A program made the position numbers and the translations under genes. DNA of 64,000 bases, from positions 672,001 through 736,000 of the forward strand of contig CAVVMW010000010.1 in the NCBI GenBank assembly GCA_963749495.1. The letters are read 5' to 3'. Origin of the DNA: an uncultured bacterium (GTDB lineage: Bacteria > Verrucomicrobiota > Verrucomicrobiia > Limisphaerales > UBA8199). Positions 20,788-31,936 of this stretch are shown one piece after another; the stretch's first letter is position 1; each line of letters starts with the position of its first letter. Below the pieces are notes generated by a model. The model saw nothing but the letters and a program-made list of their open reading frames with translations, was not told where the DNA came from and ran no database searches.

Positions 20788-21527
20788 AAGACGAAGAACT
20801 CGTGACGCACCTCCTTTACCTCAAACTCTCCTATTTTCGGGAGCACCACCACTCTCTGGCCAAGGAGGCGGTGGAGAAAAACTGGACGCAACTGGACTTT
20901 TTAAGCCGCCTGGTCGAGGGCGAGGCGCTCCGGCGAAAGGACCGGGCCACCCAGCGCCGCATTCAGGCGGCGCGCTTTCCCGTGGTTAAAACCCTCGAGC
21001 AGTTCAACTGGGCTTGGCCCAAAAAGATCAATCGCGCCCACGTGCAAAATCTCTTTCGCCTCTCCTTTCTCAAGGACAAGGCCAATGTCATTTTCATGGG
21101 CGGGGCCGGGCTGGGCAAAAGCCATCTGGCCACCGCCCTGGCTTACGAGGGCTGCCTGGCCGGCCACACCGTGTTATTCACCACGGCCATCGACATCGTC
21201 AACACCCTGGCGGCGGCACAATCCACCCACCGGCTCAAAGCCGAACTCAAGAAATACCTCAGCCCGAGCATCGTGTTGGTCGACGAACTCGGCTATTTGC
21301 CGATCGATAAAACCGGCGCGGATTTGCTCTTCCAAGTCTTCAGCCAGCGCTATGAGACCGGCTCGACCATCGTGACGACCAATCAGGCCTACAAAAACTG
21401 GGCCAAGGTCTTCAACAACGACGCGACGCTGACCTCCGCCGTGCTGGATCGCCTGCTGCACCACGCAGAAACGGTCGTCATCGAAGGGAAGAGCTACCGG
21501 ATGAAGGATCAAATCCAGGAGCCGTAA
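20784..21527 (+). CDS. istB: IS21-family AAA+ helper ATPase
   Basis: GGAGLGKSHLA Walker A, LVDELGY Walker B, LDRLLHH, G.SYR. Confidence 0.95.
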   Translation: MKDEELVTHLLYLKLSYFREHHHSLAKEAVEKNWTQLDFLSRLVEGEALRRKDRATQRRIQAARFPVVKTLEQFNWAWPKKINRAHVQNLFRLSFLKDKANVIFMGGAGLGKSHLATALAYEGCLAGHTVLFTTAIDIVNTLAAAQSTHRLKAELKKYLSPSIVLVDELGYLPIDKTGADLLFQVFSQRYETGSTIVTTNQAYKNWAKVFNNDATLTSAVLDRLLHHAETVVIEGKSYRMKDQIQEP

Positions 21528-21888
21528 CCGCAGAACATCACAGAAAACGCAGGCCGATGGAGAGATCCACCGGCCTTTTTCGTTCCCTCTTCAGCCCAAG
21601 AGCCCCGATCCGTTCCAAACCGCCCGTCTTGACTCCCGTTCGCGCCGCCGGTGACATAAACCCCTCAGTTGCATAAAAATGTAGTTGTTTAACCGCCCTG
21701 ACCCCTCGAAAGCGGCCTCCTGCGCGGCTGCAAGCCATCTACTGAGCGCCGCTTCTCTGGCGAAGCAGAAGCCACTAAAAGTGGGGTTTGCCAAACGCCA
21801 TTTCGCCCTTCTGCCGGTTACAAAAAAAATGCAAAAAAAATGCGATTTGGGGCTTGACATTTCCGATAGCCTATATTATGTATCGGAC

Positions 21889-22260
21889 ATGAAGAAAACG
21901 ATCTCTATCCCGCAAATCGAAGCTCGTATCCAACACATCAAAACCCAACTCGCCGCCTTGGGCGATATGCGTCCCGGAAGCCTTTCCCGGCAGTATAACG
22001 TCTGCGGCAAGCCGGGCTGCCGTTGTAAGGACCCCGAAAAACCCCGACGCCACGGCCCCTATTACCAACTGAGTTGGGTGCATCGCCGCAAGAGCACCAG
22101 CCAGTTCATCCGCCCCGGCTTTGTCGCTCAGGTCAAGGCCCAACTGGCCACTTATAGAACCTCTCGCAAGCTGACGGCACAATGGGTCGAGTTAGCCCTC
22201 CAGGCAGCCCAACTGAGGCTCCAAGCCGCCAGAGACACCGCCACGCTCCAACCCAAGTGA
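21889..22260 (+). CDS. IS-associated small protein (DUF6788-like)
   Basis: Identical to 9079-9450. Confidence 0.8.
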   Translation: MKKTISIPQIEARIQHIKTQLAALGDMRPGSLSRQYNVCGKPGCRCKDPEKPRRHGPYYQLSWVHRRKSTSQFIRPGFVAQVKAQLATYRTSRKLTAQWVELALQAAQLRLQAARDTATLQPK

Positions 22261-22466
22261 GCCTCCACCCGCCCCCCCTCCTTTCACCTCAAACCCTTCT
22301 CCCATGAGACTTAGCCAGCAGCAAATCTATACGAGAGCCTCCTCGATGCCGCAGGTGCAATTCCAGGAACAACAACTGACCAGCTTCGGCGGTTTGCTCA
22401 TCTTCCAGCAACTCTTCGGCAAAATCCAACTCAAGGAGCGCTTGCACCAGTGCTCGGCCCATCTGG

Positions 22467-22486
22467 CCTGCCTGCCGGCAGGCAGG
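22467..22486. repeat. 20-bp perfect palindrome CCTGCCTGCCGGCAGGCAGG
   Basis: Same site as in copy 1 (offset 12810). Confidence 0.95.
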
Positions 22487-23325
22487 CCGGCAAGACCCTC
22501 TATCAGCCGCACGTGGTTGTGCTCTGGCTCATCGTGCACCTGCTCCTGGGCTTTCGCAAGCTGCGCGACATCCAATTCTATAAAGAGGACCCGCTGGTGC
22601 GGCGCGTGCTGGGTCTCAAGGCGCTCCCGGACGTTTCGACCCTCAGCCGCATTCTGGCCGACTTCGATGAACCGGCGGTGGCCGCCCACCAGGGGTTGAA
22701 TCGCCAGCAGGTCCTGGGACGACTGGCACAGGAGGGGCTCGCGCGCGTGACCTTGGACTTCGACGGCAGCGTCCTGTGGGCCAGCAAACACGCCGAAGGA
22801 ACCGCAGTGGGCTTCAACAAGCAGAAGAAGGGCGCCCGGAGCTACTACCCCCTCTTCTGCACCGTGGCGCAAACGGCGCAAGTCCTGGACGTGTTGCACC
22901 GCTCGGGCAACGTGCACGACTCCAATGGAGCCGTAGAGTTTGTGCGCCAATGTGTGGGGCGCCTGCGCCAAGCCCTGCCCGGAGTCCAGATCGAGGTCCG
23001 GATGGATAGCGCCTTTTTCAGTGATGAGATGGTTGGGGCGCTGGAGCAACTCGACGTGGAATTCACCGTGTCGGTCCCCTTCGAGCGTTTTGTGGAGCTC
23101 AAGGCTCTGATCCAGGACCGGCGCGTGTGGTGGCCGGCCACGGTGGACGGTAAACTGCGGTATTTCCTCAAGCTCTGGAAGCCCAAGTGCTGGGAAACGC
23201 CCCGCCGGTTCATCTTCATTCGCCAGGAGAGCACCGTGCAACAGAAGGGTCCCATCCAGTTAGACATCTTCGAACCCCACCAGACGGGATTTGAATTCAA
23301 GGTGATCGTGACCAACAAGACCGGG

Positions 23326-23345
23326 CCTGCCTGCCGGCAGGCAGG
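23326..23345. repeat. 20-bp perfect palindrome CCTGCCTGCCGGCAGGCAGG
   Basis: Removal gives TNKTGLALNVVRFHEGRG. Confidence 0.95.
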
Positions 23346-23942
23346 CTGGCCCTGAACGTCGTCCGCTTCCATGAGGGCCGAGGGCAGCAGGAGAAGCTCT
23401 TGGGCGAACTCAAAGACCAAGCCCAGATGGATTACTTGCCGGGTCGCAAATGGGTGACCAACAAGATGTACCTGCTCTGCGCCGTGCTGGCCCACAACCT
23501 GGGCCGGGAGTTACAGAGGGACGCCCGCGCCCCGGAACGCGCCACCGCCCACAAGCGCAGTGCCTTGTGGATCTTTGAGGGCTTGGAGATGATGCGGCGC
23601 AAGTTCATCCAACGGGCGGGACGACTCACCCGGACCAATGGCCGCCTGACCCTGACGTTGACCGCCAACAAAGTGGTGGAACAGACCTTCCGCAGCTACC
23701 TCCAGGCGTAGCCACCCAGCTTTCTTAAGCCTACAGACCCGGCTGCAACGCTAAAGTGCGTGCCGGAGTAGCCTTCCTTCTCCTCCCCAATTCCTTCCAC
23801 TGGTCGTTCCTCGCCGTGGTTGCGCTCTGCGGCTGCCCGCTCGCCGCTCGCGCTTGCCGAGGCACAGGCCACGCGAGCCACCGCAGTCCTAAAGAATGCT
23901 CCCATTGGTCGCAAAAAGGGTCATTTTTATGCAACGTTAGGG

Positions 23943-24852
23943 TGTAGTGTCCTGTGATTCCGGCGGGGAATTCAACCAGCGTACTCTGATCGTGGTTAAA
24001 CAAAACGCCGCCAACGCTGCTATAGACGGGATTGCCAGGAGCTACATTGATCGCCGCCAGCGGGCAGTCCAGGAATACGGTGTCACCAAGCTTGGTAACG
24101 CCCCTGCCAATCGTCACGCTGACCAGGGCGGAACCAGAGAACGCATAATCCCCAAGGTTGGTGACCGTGTCGGGAATCGAGAGATTGTTGGTGAGGGCGC
24201 AACCGGAAAAGGCGTTGGACTCAATATCGGTGAGCCCCGGGGGAAGCGTGACGCCCCACAGGGAGCATGAATCGGAGGCGCCGGCGCCGATTGTCGCGAC
24301 GCCGGCGGGGACCGTGTAAATCCCTGCGATGCCGGCCGGAAATTCAACCAGCGTGGTCTGGTCCCGGGTAAACAAGACCCCCGCGACGCTGCTGTAGGCG
24401 GGATTGCCGGGCGCCACATCGATCGCTTTCATTTGAGGGCAAAAGGAGAACGGCTCTTCGCCGATCCTAACGATGCTGGGGCCAAGGGTGACGCCTTTCA
24501 GGCGGAAACAATCGCCGAAGGCCCGGGCGCCGATGGCGGTGACGCTGCCTGGGATGGCGAGACTGGTCAGATTGTTGCACTGGTAGAACGCGGAGTCTCC
24601 GATGTTGGTGACGGTGCCGGGGATCGTGATATTCTGTAACGTCGAGCAGCCAGAGAATGCCTTTGGTCCGATGTCGGTGACCGGCAGGCCGTTGATCGCG
24701 CTCGGAATCGCGACCGCGCCGCCCGGACCGGCGTAGCCGGTGATTGTGATCGCGCCGTCGTTGGTCGTGCAGGTGAATTGGGCTTGGGTGGCGAGGGCCG
24801 CGGCCATTAGGCCGACGAGGCTCGTCAGGATTTGTGCAACTTGCGTTCTCAC
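23943..24852 (-). pseudogene. BspA-like leucine-rich repeat (LRR_5) secreted protein truncated by the IS1380 end
   Basis: GTG start, signal peptide, ITITGY.G.GG.V.IPS.INGLPVT.IG, repeated IP..VT.IG..AF..C and N.AYSS..GVLF. Confidence 0.85.
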
Positions 24853-24904
24853 TGTCTTTCGTTCTTTGCGATTCACCCCAAGAAACGATTCACCGGCTGT
24901 CAAT

Positions 24905-27900
24905 TCATTGTGCGTCTGGGGTGGTTCTCTCCCTGGCGTCGATCTCCTCCCAGGACGGCGCCCGCCAGAGGAAAAGCTCGTTTTCCCAGTTTCGGCAGCC
25001 GAGCAGGTTGCCGTCGGCTGAGAATCGTGGGGACTGGAATATAGATCCTCGGGCTGGCAGTCTAAGCAGTTCCCGCCCGCCCAGATCCCACAGGGTAAGC
25101 GCATCCGGACCATCGCTCGCGGTCACCAGCCTGCGGCCGTCTGGGGAGAAATCCACCGCCCAGGTGGAAGACTGGTGGTGGCCCGCCGTTGCCACCAAGC
25201 GCTGCGAGGCGCGCTCCCAGACCTGGGCGAACCCGCGAATGCTCGCCACGGCCAGGAGCGCTCCGTCGGGAGAGAAGTTCGCATCAAACACGATGCCCGC
25301 CCCCAGATTCTGCCAGGTGCTGGCTTCACCGGTGGCGACCTCCCTGACCGAGGCATCATCTCCATCAGCACTTACGTTCAGCACATACTCCCCACGCGCG
25401 GATAAGGCCAGGAAAGGGCCCTGCTCGCTGAACGGGAGCACTCCGGGCCACGACCCCAGGTTTTGCAACGTGTTCAGGTTCCACTCTTGAACCGAGCCAC
25501 CGGCCTGGTCGTAGATGATGAATAATTTGCTGCTGGGCGCGAAGCTGTGGGCAACGAGCCAGCCGGGAGTGACCAGCCGAGGCGAGGGATCATTGGCCCG
25601 CAAATCCCAAACCCGGACGACGCCGTCCCGGCTGGTGGCCAGCAGCTCGCCGTCGCTTGAAAACGCGGTTTGATCACGCACGCGGGCGAGCTCGGCCCCC
25701 ATCGCGAGCACAGGCTTCTTCACCTGAAAATCGGCGCCTTCCAGGCGAGTCACGCGGCCCTGGGGATCGATGGTCAGCAAGAAACCGTTGTCGGGGGCGA
25801 ACTGCCAGTCAAAGACTTCAGGTAGAACGAGAGCCGACTGGTCTGGGCGCGCCAGCGTAGTGTCCCAGGCGTAAACCGAACCGTCAAAGCTGCCGCTCAG
25901 CAATGTCTTGCCGTCAGCGCCCAGCACCAGAGTATTGATGTCGCTAAGCTGGCCGCGTAGCGGACGGCCCAGCGCACGCGGCGCGGTTGGGTCGCTGGCG
26001 TCCCACAACTGGATCGTTCCATCTGCGCTGGCGGAAGCCAAAGAGACGCCGTCCAACCACAGAAGAGGGTCCACCTTGCCGCGATGCAGCGGAACAGGTC
26101 CGCCGATGGGTTTGCCAGAGTTGACATCCCACACGTGGAGAACCGAGGGCGAACCCTCGGTCGTCAACAGCATCGCTCCGTCCCTTGTGAAAGTGGAACC
26201 AAAGAACCCTCCCGCGTCATTTGTCGCGCTCCAGCGCGGCTTTCCCGTCAGCAAGTCAATCACCTTGATCCCGTCGCTCGGGACCGCTGCAACCCGGAAC
26301 GCGGGATCAACCGGAATGCGGGGACACGGATTAGGGATTGGCGTATCATAACTCCAGACCAGGGCCCCATCGGGCACGTGCAGCAGCAGCACTTGACCAT
26401 CCGAGTTGCCGTGATGGTTGTCGAGCGTGACCAGCAGGGTCGAGCCATCAGGAGAAAAGGCCAGAGCGACGCAAAAACTGCGCACGGGCAGCTCGAGAAG
26501 TTGCCGCCCGGTTTCCACGTCCCATAAACAGACGGTCGGCTGGACGCGTGTCCCTTCGTATCTTGTGGAGCCGAATGCCAACCAGGGCGCGGTGGGAGAG
26601 AAGGCGACCACAACGTCGGTGCCGCGCCGCGGCGGGATGTTGGTCACGAGCCGCGCCGTAGTCCGATCCACGAATTCCAGGACGCTGACTGCCGCACGGT
26701 CACTGTTTTGGCCCACTGCCAGCCACTTTCCGTCTGGCGAAACCGCCAGGTCCGTGACTTTGTTTGTGGCTTGCCAGGCTTTGGCCAGCGCGTCACTCGT
26801 GCATTGCTGCCACAGGTAACGCCACTCCCAGCCGCGCAAATCGCGCGCGGCTTTCCCCTCGGGCCGGTGGCGGAACAACAGCGTGCGCGCGAAACCGAAG
26901 TTGTTTGCGGCAATGGCCTGTTGCGCCAGCAACATGTCCGAGGCGTAAGCCTCGGCTTGGGCTTGCTCGCGCAACCGGGTTTCCTGCCGTCCGGCCGCGA
27001 CCGCTTGTCGCCGAGCCGCCTCCTTGGCATCGCGCTCCCGGGACGCGCGGACCGCCTGCCAAGTCGCCAGGGCTATGCCCGCCAGCAACCCCACTGTTGC
27101 CATTGCTCCCGCCGCAAACACCAGCTTGTTACGCCGGACCAGCTCCTGGAACCGGTACCAGTTGCTCGGAGGCAACGCCGTCACGGGCTCGATTATTCAG
27201 GTGCCGTTGGACATCGCCGGCCAGCCCGTTGGCCGTCTCGTACCGCCGTGCTCGGTCCTTCTCCAGGCACTTCATCACGATCCAATCCAGATCGCCCCGC
27301 AAGGAATGGATCAGCTTTGGCGGCTCGCTTCGCCGCGCCTTGGCCACGGTCGTAAGCTCCGACGCCGCCAGCGTGCTCAGCCGTGTGGAAGGGCGTAGCG
27401 GTTCCTTGGACCGGATGGTCTGGCGCATCGCATCGAGGCCGATTTTGACCAACTCCTGGTGGTCGAATGGTGTCCTGCCGGTCAGCAACTCGTAGAGCAG
27501 CACCCCCAGGCTGTGGATGTCGCTGCGCGTATCAACGTCCACGCTGCTCAACTCTGCCTGCTCCGGGCTCATGTAGGCCGGGGTCCCGATGAACTGGTGC
27601 AACTGGGTATGGACCGTCTTGTCGGTCAGCCGACCCTCGGTGGCCTTGGCAATGCCGAAATCGATCACCTTCGGCACCCCAACCCCATCGTTGACCGTGA
27701 CCAGGATGTTCGAAGGTTTGAGGTCGCGGTGGATGATGCCCTTTTGATGCGCATGCTGCACGGCGCGGCACACTTGGATAAACAGGTCCAGGCGTGATGA
27801 CGTCGGGAGTTCGTTCTGGTCGCAGTATTCAGTTATCCTGACGCCGCCAACCAATTCCATGACGAAGTAAGGCCGGCCGGTCTCGGTGGCGCCGGCGTCG

Positions 27901-28367
27901 AGCACCCGGGCGATGTTCGGATGGTCCATCATCGCCAACGCCTGCCGCTCCGCTTCGAATCGGGCGACAACCGTGCGGGTGTCCATTCCCAGCCTAATGA
28001 CCTTCAAGGCCACCCGCCGGCGGACCGGTTCCTCCTGCTCGGCCATATAGACCACGCCCATGCCGCCCTCGCCGATCCTTTCCAGCAGTTTGTATCGGCC
28101 GATGACCGTGCCAGGCCGCTCGGTGATGAGAATTCGAGCGGGGGCGGGAGGTTCCAAGGCCGCGGCGCCTTCCTCGAAGAACTGCTCGGCCTCCCCCTGC
28201 GCTGCGAGCAACCCCTCGATGCGCCGGCGCATCTGCGCATCGTGCCCGCAGGCCTCGTCGAGAAAGGCCCGCCGTTGCGCGGCATCCCTCAGTTCGCGCG
28301 CGGCCGCGAAGAGACTCTTTTCATTTCGGCTTGCGCCGTCCTTGCCAGGGATCGTTTCCATGTCCAT
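24905..28367 (-). pseudogene. Hanks-type Ser/Thr kinase with TM helix and WD40 repeats, +1 frameshift near 27190
   Basis: GEGGMG, VALK, HRDLKPSN, DFG, GTPAYMSPE; then RGWEWRYL and WD repeats in the second frame. Confidence 0.9.
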
Positions 28368-28434
28368 CTACCAATCCGCCATCGGCGCCCAAAACCCGAC
28401 AGGAAAAATGACGTTCCGACCAGGGCTTGGCTGC

Positions 28435-28992
28435 TCAGAGCGCCTTGCGGATGGCCCGGAACAGCCAGGCGCGGGCAAAGGCCCAGTCGCGCTCGACCGT
28501 GCGCTCGGTGACGCCCAGGCTCGCCGCCACTTCCTGATTGGTGAGTCCGCCGAAGAATTTCAGCACCACCACGCGGGCCGTGGCCGGGTCCTGGGCCTGC
28601 AACCGGGCCAGCGACTCGTCGATCAGCAGGACCTTGTCGTCGGGCGCGGGGTCGGCCAGTTCCAGTTCGTCAACGTTCAGCCGTTCCTGGCCGCCGCCCC
28701 GCTTGAGCCGCGCCTTGCGCCGCGCGTTCTCCACCAGGATCCGGCGCATCGCCTCGGCGGCGGCGACAAAGAAGTGCGCGCGGTTCTCCCAAGTCTGTTC
28801 TCCGGCGCGAACCAGCCGAAGCCAGGCTTCGTGGACCAAGGCTGTGGGCTGGAGCGTTTGGCCGGGCGGTTGTGCCGCCATTTTCGCGGCGGCCAGGCGC
28901 CGCAGTTCGTCATAAACCAGCGGCAGCAGCTTTTCAGCAGCCTGGCCGTCCCCGGCGCCGGCTGCCTGCAGAATCTGTGTTTCTTGTTCCAT
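28435..28992 (-). CDS. ECF sigma factor, TIGR02999-type
   Basis: LLPLVYDELRRLA, TLQPTALVHEAWLRL, RTVERDW.FARAWL. Confidence 0.92.
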   Translation of the reverse strand: MEQETQILQAAGAGDGQAAEKLLPLVYDELRRLAAAKMAAQPPGQTLQPTALVHEAWLRLVRAGEQTWENRAHFFVAAAEAMRRILVENARRKARLKRGGGQERLNVDELELADPAPDDKVLLIDESLARLQAQDPATARVVVLKFFGGLTNQEVAASLGVTERTVERDWAFARAWLFRAIRKAL

Positions 28993-29417
28993 CGGCTTGT
29001 CGATCAGCGAGTCCCTCAGCCAGCCTTCGCGGGAGGCGAAATTCCGCGTATGAGGCGGAGAAACTATTGAAATTAGCCACACAATGGCCCACCGCGCAAC
29101 TCGCGCCCGAATCCTGGGCGGCTGAATCCAGTGTGCTGGACGAATTCATCCTCGCGAAACGCTGTTGCGGCGCGAGACTCTGATCAACTCGAGGATGGGG
29201 TAGGGCTTCCCCAGAATCGGCAGGATCGGCGTTTTCAACCAACGCTCCAGACGGTGGCATAGACCGAGCGGAAATCCACCGTGTGCCTCAAGTCCCCCTG
29301 GAACAGATCGCCCCGGGGCCAAGCTGGGGCAGCGCCCGAGCAGGACCGACTGGAATGAGCTGCGTCACGCCTTCTCTTGGCTGTCCGCTTTGAACGCCGG
29401 CGGTTACTATTGGATGA

Positions 29418-31106
29418 GTGAACCGTCTGACGGACCAAGAATTGTTGCGGGATTACGCCGAGCGCCGCTCGGAGGCGGCCTTCGCCGAACTGGTGCGCCG
29501 GTATGTCGATTTGGTCTATTCCGCGGCGTTGCGGATGGTGCGCGATGCGCACCTGGCCAAGGACGTGGCGCAGGGGGTCTTTTTGGCCCTGGCCCAAGGC
29601 GCCGGCCAGCTCACCAAATGCGCGGTTCTACCCGGCTGGCTGCACCGGACCGCGCGCAATCTGGCCGCCAACGCTGTCCGGTGCGACGTGCGCCGGCGCA
29701 CTCGCGAGCAGGAGGCGGCTGCCATGAACGAAGTAATTGCCTCGGAACCGGGGACCGCCTGGGAACAGGTCGCCCCCCAACTCGACTCGCTGCTGGGCGA
29801 GTTGAACGATGCGGATCGCGACGCCCTGCTGCTGCGCTACTTTCAGCGCCGAACCGCGCGCGAGATGGCGCAGACGCTCGGGGTGAGCGAAGAGGCGGCC
29901 CAAAAACGCGTGACTCGGGCCCTCGCCCGCCTGCGTCAGCTCTTTGCCCAGCGCGGCATCGCCGTCGGCGAGGGCGGGCTGGCCGTCGCCCTTTCCGCCA
30001 ACGCGGTCCAGGGGGCCCCGGGCGGGCTGGCCGCGACAATCTCCGCCGCGGCTGCGCTCGCCGGGGGCGCCGTCCACAGCCCAACCATAATTGCCGCAAC
30101 CAAAGCTATCGCTATGACCTCGATGCACAAGCTCCTCATTGCCGCCGCCTTCGTCGCGATGCTCGGGACTGGAGTCTATGAGGCCCACCAGGCTTCCCGC
30201 CTAGGCAGCCAAGTCCGCGGGTTACAGCAACAGCAGGCCTCCGACGCCGAGCAGGTCCTGCAACTGAGCCTCGAGCGCGACCAAGCGGCCGGTCAATTGG
30301 CGGCGTTGCGCGATGGGAGCCGGCAGCCGGACGGCACCAGCGCCGAGTTGCTCAAGCTGCGCGGTGAGGTAGCGCGGTTGCGGCAGGACTCCCTCGAACT
30401 GGCTCGGTTGAAGGCCGGCGGCTCCGCCGACCCCACGGACCTTGCGGCGCAGTCCTGGCTCAAGCGGGTCAGCCAACTCAAGCAGCGGCTGGAGGAGACA
30501 CCCCAGGCAAAGATCCCGGAACTCCAGTTCCTTGACGCATTCGATTGGGTCGAACTGGCGCACAATTTCAAACTCGAGACGGAGGCCGATTATCGCAAGG
30601 CCCTGGGCGAGGTCCGGAAGCGCGCCGAGGGCTATTTTACCAAGAGGTTCCAGTCCGCGTTGGGCAGGTACATGGCGGCCAACAATGGACAATGGCCCCC
30701 GGACCTCTCGCAACTGAAGCCCTTCTTCGACCCCTCCGTGGATGACGCCATCCTGCAGCGGTGGCAAATCGTCCCCAAGAGCGCTCTGCCCAACCAGGAG
30801 TTCGCCGGGGATTGGGTGCTGACCGAAAAGGCGCCTGTGGACGAGGAATACGATCACCGCTGGACCATCGACGGCCCAGGCAGCGGTGGCGTCGGTCCCT
30901 ACCACCACCAACCATCGGCGGCTGAGACGGAGCTTCAGACCCTCATCGACAGCGCCGGCCCGATGGTGAAGCAGTATTCGGTCAAGCATGGCGGCAGGGA
31001 GCCCTCCGATCCTTCCCAACTGCAGCCCTACGCCACCAACCCTGCCCAGCAAGCCGTGCTGGCCAGGCTCCTCCAGATCCAGGCGACCAACGCTCCCGGC
31101 AGGTGA
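29418..31106 (+). CDS. ECF-type sigma factor with long C-terminal extension (Ala-rich/TM segment, coiled coil, distal domain)
   Basis: AFAELVRRYVDLVYSAA, AKDVAQ.VF, LLRYF...AAQKRV.RAL; hydrophobic segment KLLIAAAFVAMLGTGV. Confidence 0.85.
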   Translation: MNRLTDQELLRDYAERRSEAAFAELVRRYVDLVYSAALRMVRDAHLAKDVAQGVFLALAQGAGQLTKCAVLPGWLHRTARNLAANAVRCDVRRRTREQEAAAMNEVIASEPGTAWEQVAPQLDSLLGELNDADRDALLLRYFQRRTAREMAQTLGVSEEAAQKRVTRALARLRQLFAQRGIAVGEGGLAVALSANAVQGAPGGLAATISAAAALAGGAVHSPTIIAATKAIAMTSMHKLLIAAAFVAMLGTGVYEAHQASRLGSQVRGLQQQQASDAEQVLQLSLERDQAAGQLAALRDGSRQPDGTSAELLKLRGEVARLRQDSLELARLKAGGSADPTDLAAQSWLKRVSQLKQRLEETPQAKIPELQFLDAFDWVELAHNFKLETEADYRKALGEVRKRAEGYFTKRFQSALGRYMAANNGQWPPDLSQLKPFFDPSVDDAILQRWQIVPKSALPNQEFAGDWVLTEKAPVDEEYDHRWTIDGPGSGGVGPYHHQPSAAETELQTLIDSAGPMVKQYSVKHGGREPSDPSQLQPYATNPAQQAVLARLLQIQATNAPGR

Positions 31107-31124
31107 AGCGCCTCACGATTCGCT

Positions 31125-31300
31125 TCATGGCGAGTCCTTCGCCCCCGCGCCTCTAATCTTCTCCAGGGTCCTTTGGGCCGCATCCCGCAGGTCAGGAGCG
31201 GGATCGTGCGACATTTGTTCCAGGAGCGGCGCGGCAGCTTTAGCCGGCGGGCCGATCTCGCCCAGTCGCTTCAGAGTGAACAACCGCCTCGGTTTGGGGT
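31125..31300 (-). pseudogene. HEAT-repeat C-terminal fragment
   Basis: LGEIGPPAKAAAPLL....DP..DLRDAA...L.KI. Confidence 0.55.
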
Positions 31301-31478
31301 TCATCCGCTCGCCCGGCCCCAGGCCTCCTCGCCCTTCAACCGCTCGATCAGAATCGGCACGGCATCGGTGCGCCCGTCTATCTGCCAGAGAGAAAAGGCC
31401 GCGTTGAGCCTGGCCGTCCCGGTCAAAGGTTGCAGTGATTTCTCCAAGGCTGTGATGGCGGGACGGGCGGACACGGTT

Positions 31479-31709
31479 ATGGAGAAAATGAAGCAGGCGA
31501 AGCACCCTTTTCCTGATCGTCACCGCGCTTGCGAAGGCGCCGGGCATCTCTTCCTCATTCCGAATCTGCCGATGACGGTCACTCACCTCTCCGATCCTGG
31601 TGGGAACTTCGATCTGGACCTCGGTGGAGGGCCTGAACAAACCGCGGTGGCAGCAGCGGACGCCTGGGCACGAATCGTTGAGTTCCTGCGCACCACGTTT
31701 GGCGAGTAG
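31479..31709 (+). pseudogene. C-terminal fragment of a BAAT/acyl-CoA thioesterase-like alpha/beta hydrolase
   Basis: EGAGH...P..P...LGG......A..DAW..I.EFL. Confidence 0.5.
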
Positions 31710-31898
31710 CCAATACGGTTATCCGAGATTCACCGCGTCTGAAAACAGTAGGCCAGCGAAGTAGCGCAGGCGGATGCAAGAGGACCGAGGGTCTCCTCCG
31801 TCCAGTCCCGGCACGCTCGTTTTTGCTTCGACGGACTCTAGCTCACTCACCAGGGTGCCACATCTGTCTGCCCAGACAGGCACTTTCCATTTAAGAAC

Positions 31899-31936
31899 CA
31901 AAAAGAGGGGGCGGGTCCCTCATCGAGGCCCGCCCC
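31899..31936 (-). terminator. Putative intrinsic terminator
   Basis: GGGGCGGG...CCCGCCCC stem with adjacent A-run (T-run on minus strand), just past a minus ORF ending at 31959. Confidence 0.5.

Larger units (their letters stand above)
18235..21656 (+). mobile_element. IS21-family element with two extra upstream ORFs
   Basis: TG...CA ends (TGCCACCG... / ...CGGTGACA), imperfect IRs of ~45 bp, TAAAC duplication at 18230-18234 and 21657-21661; carries istA/istB. Confidence 0.9.
22304..23711 (+). pseudogene. IS1380-family transposase carrying two 20-bp palindrome insertions
   Basis: 1408 nt minus 40 = 1368 nt, an open 455-aa frame including FHEGRGQQEK..GELK. Confidence 0.9.
21662..23942 (+). 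mobile_element. IS1380-like element, copy 2, full length
   Basis: TIRs CCCTCA-GTTGCATAAAAATG / CATTTTTATGCAACGTTAGGG; no target duplication evident. Confidence 0.85.
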
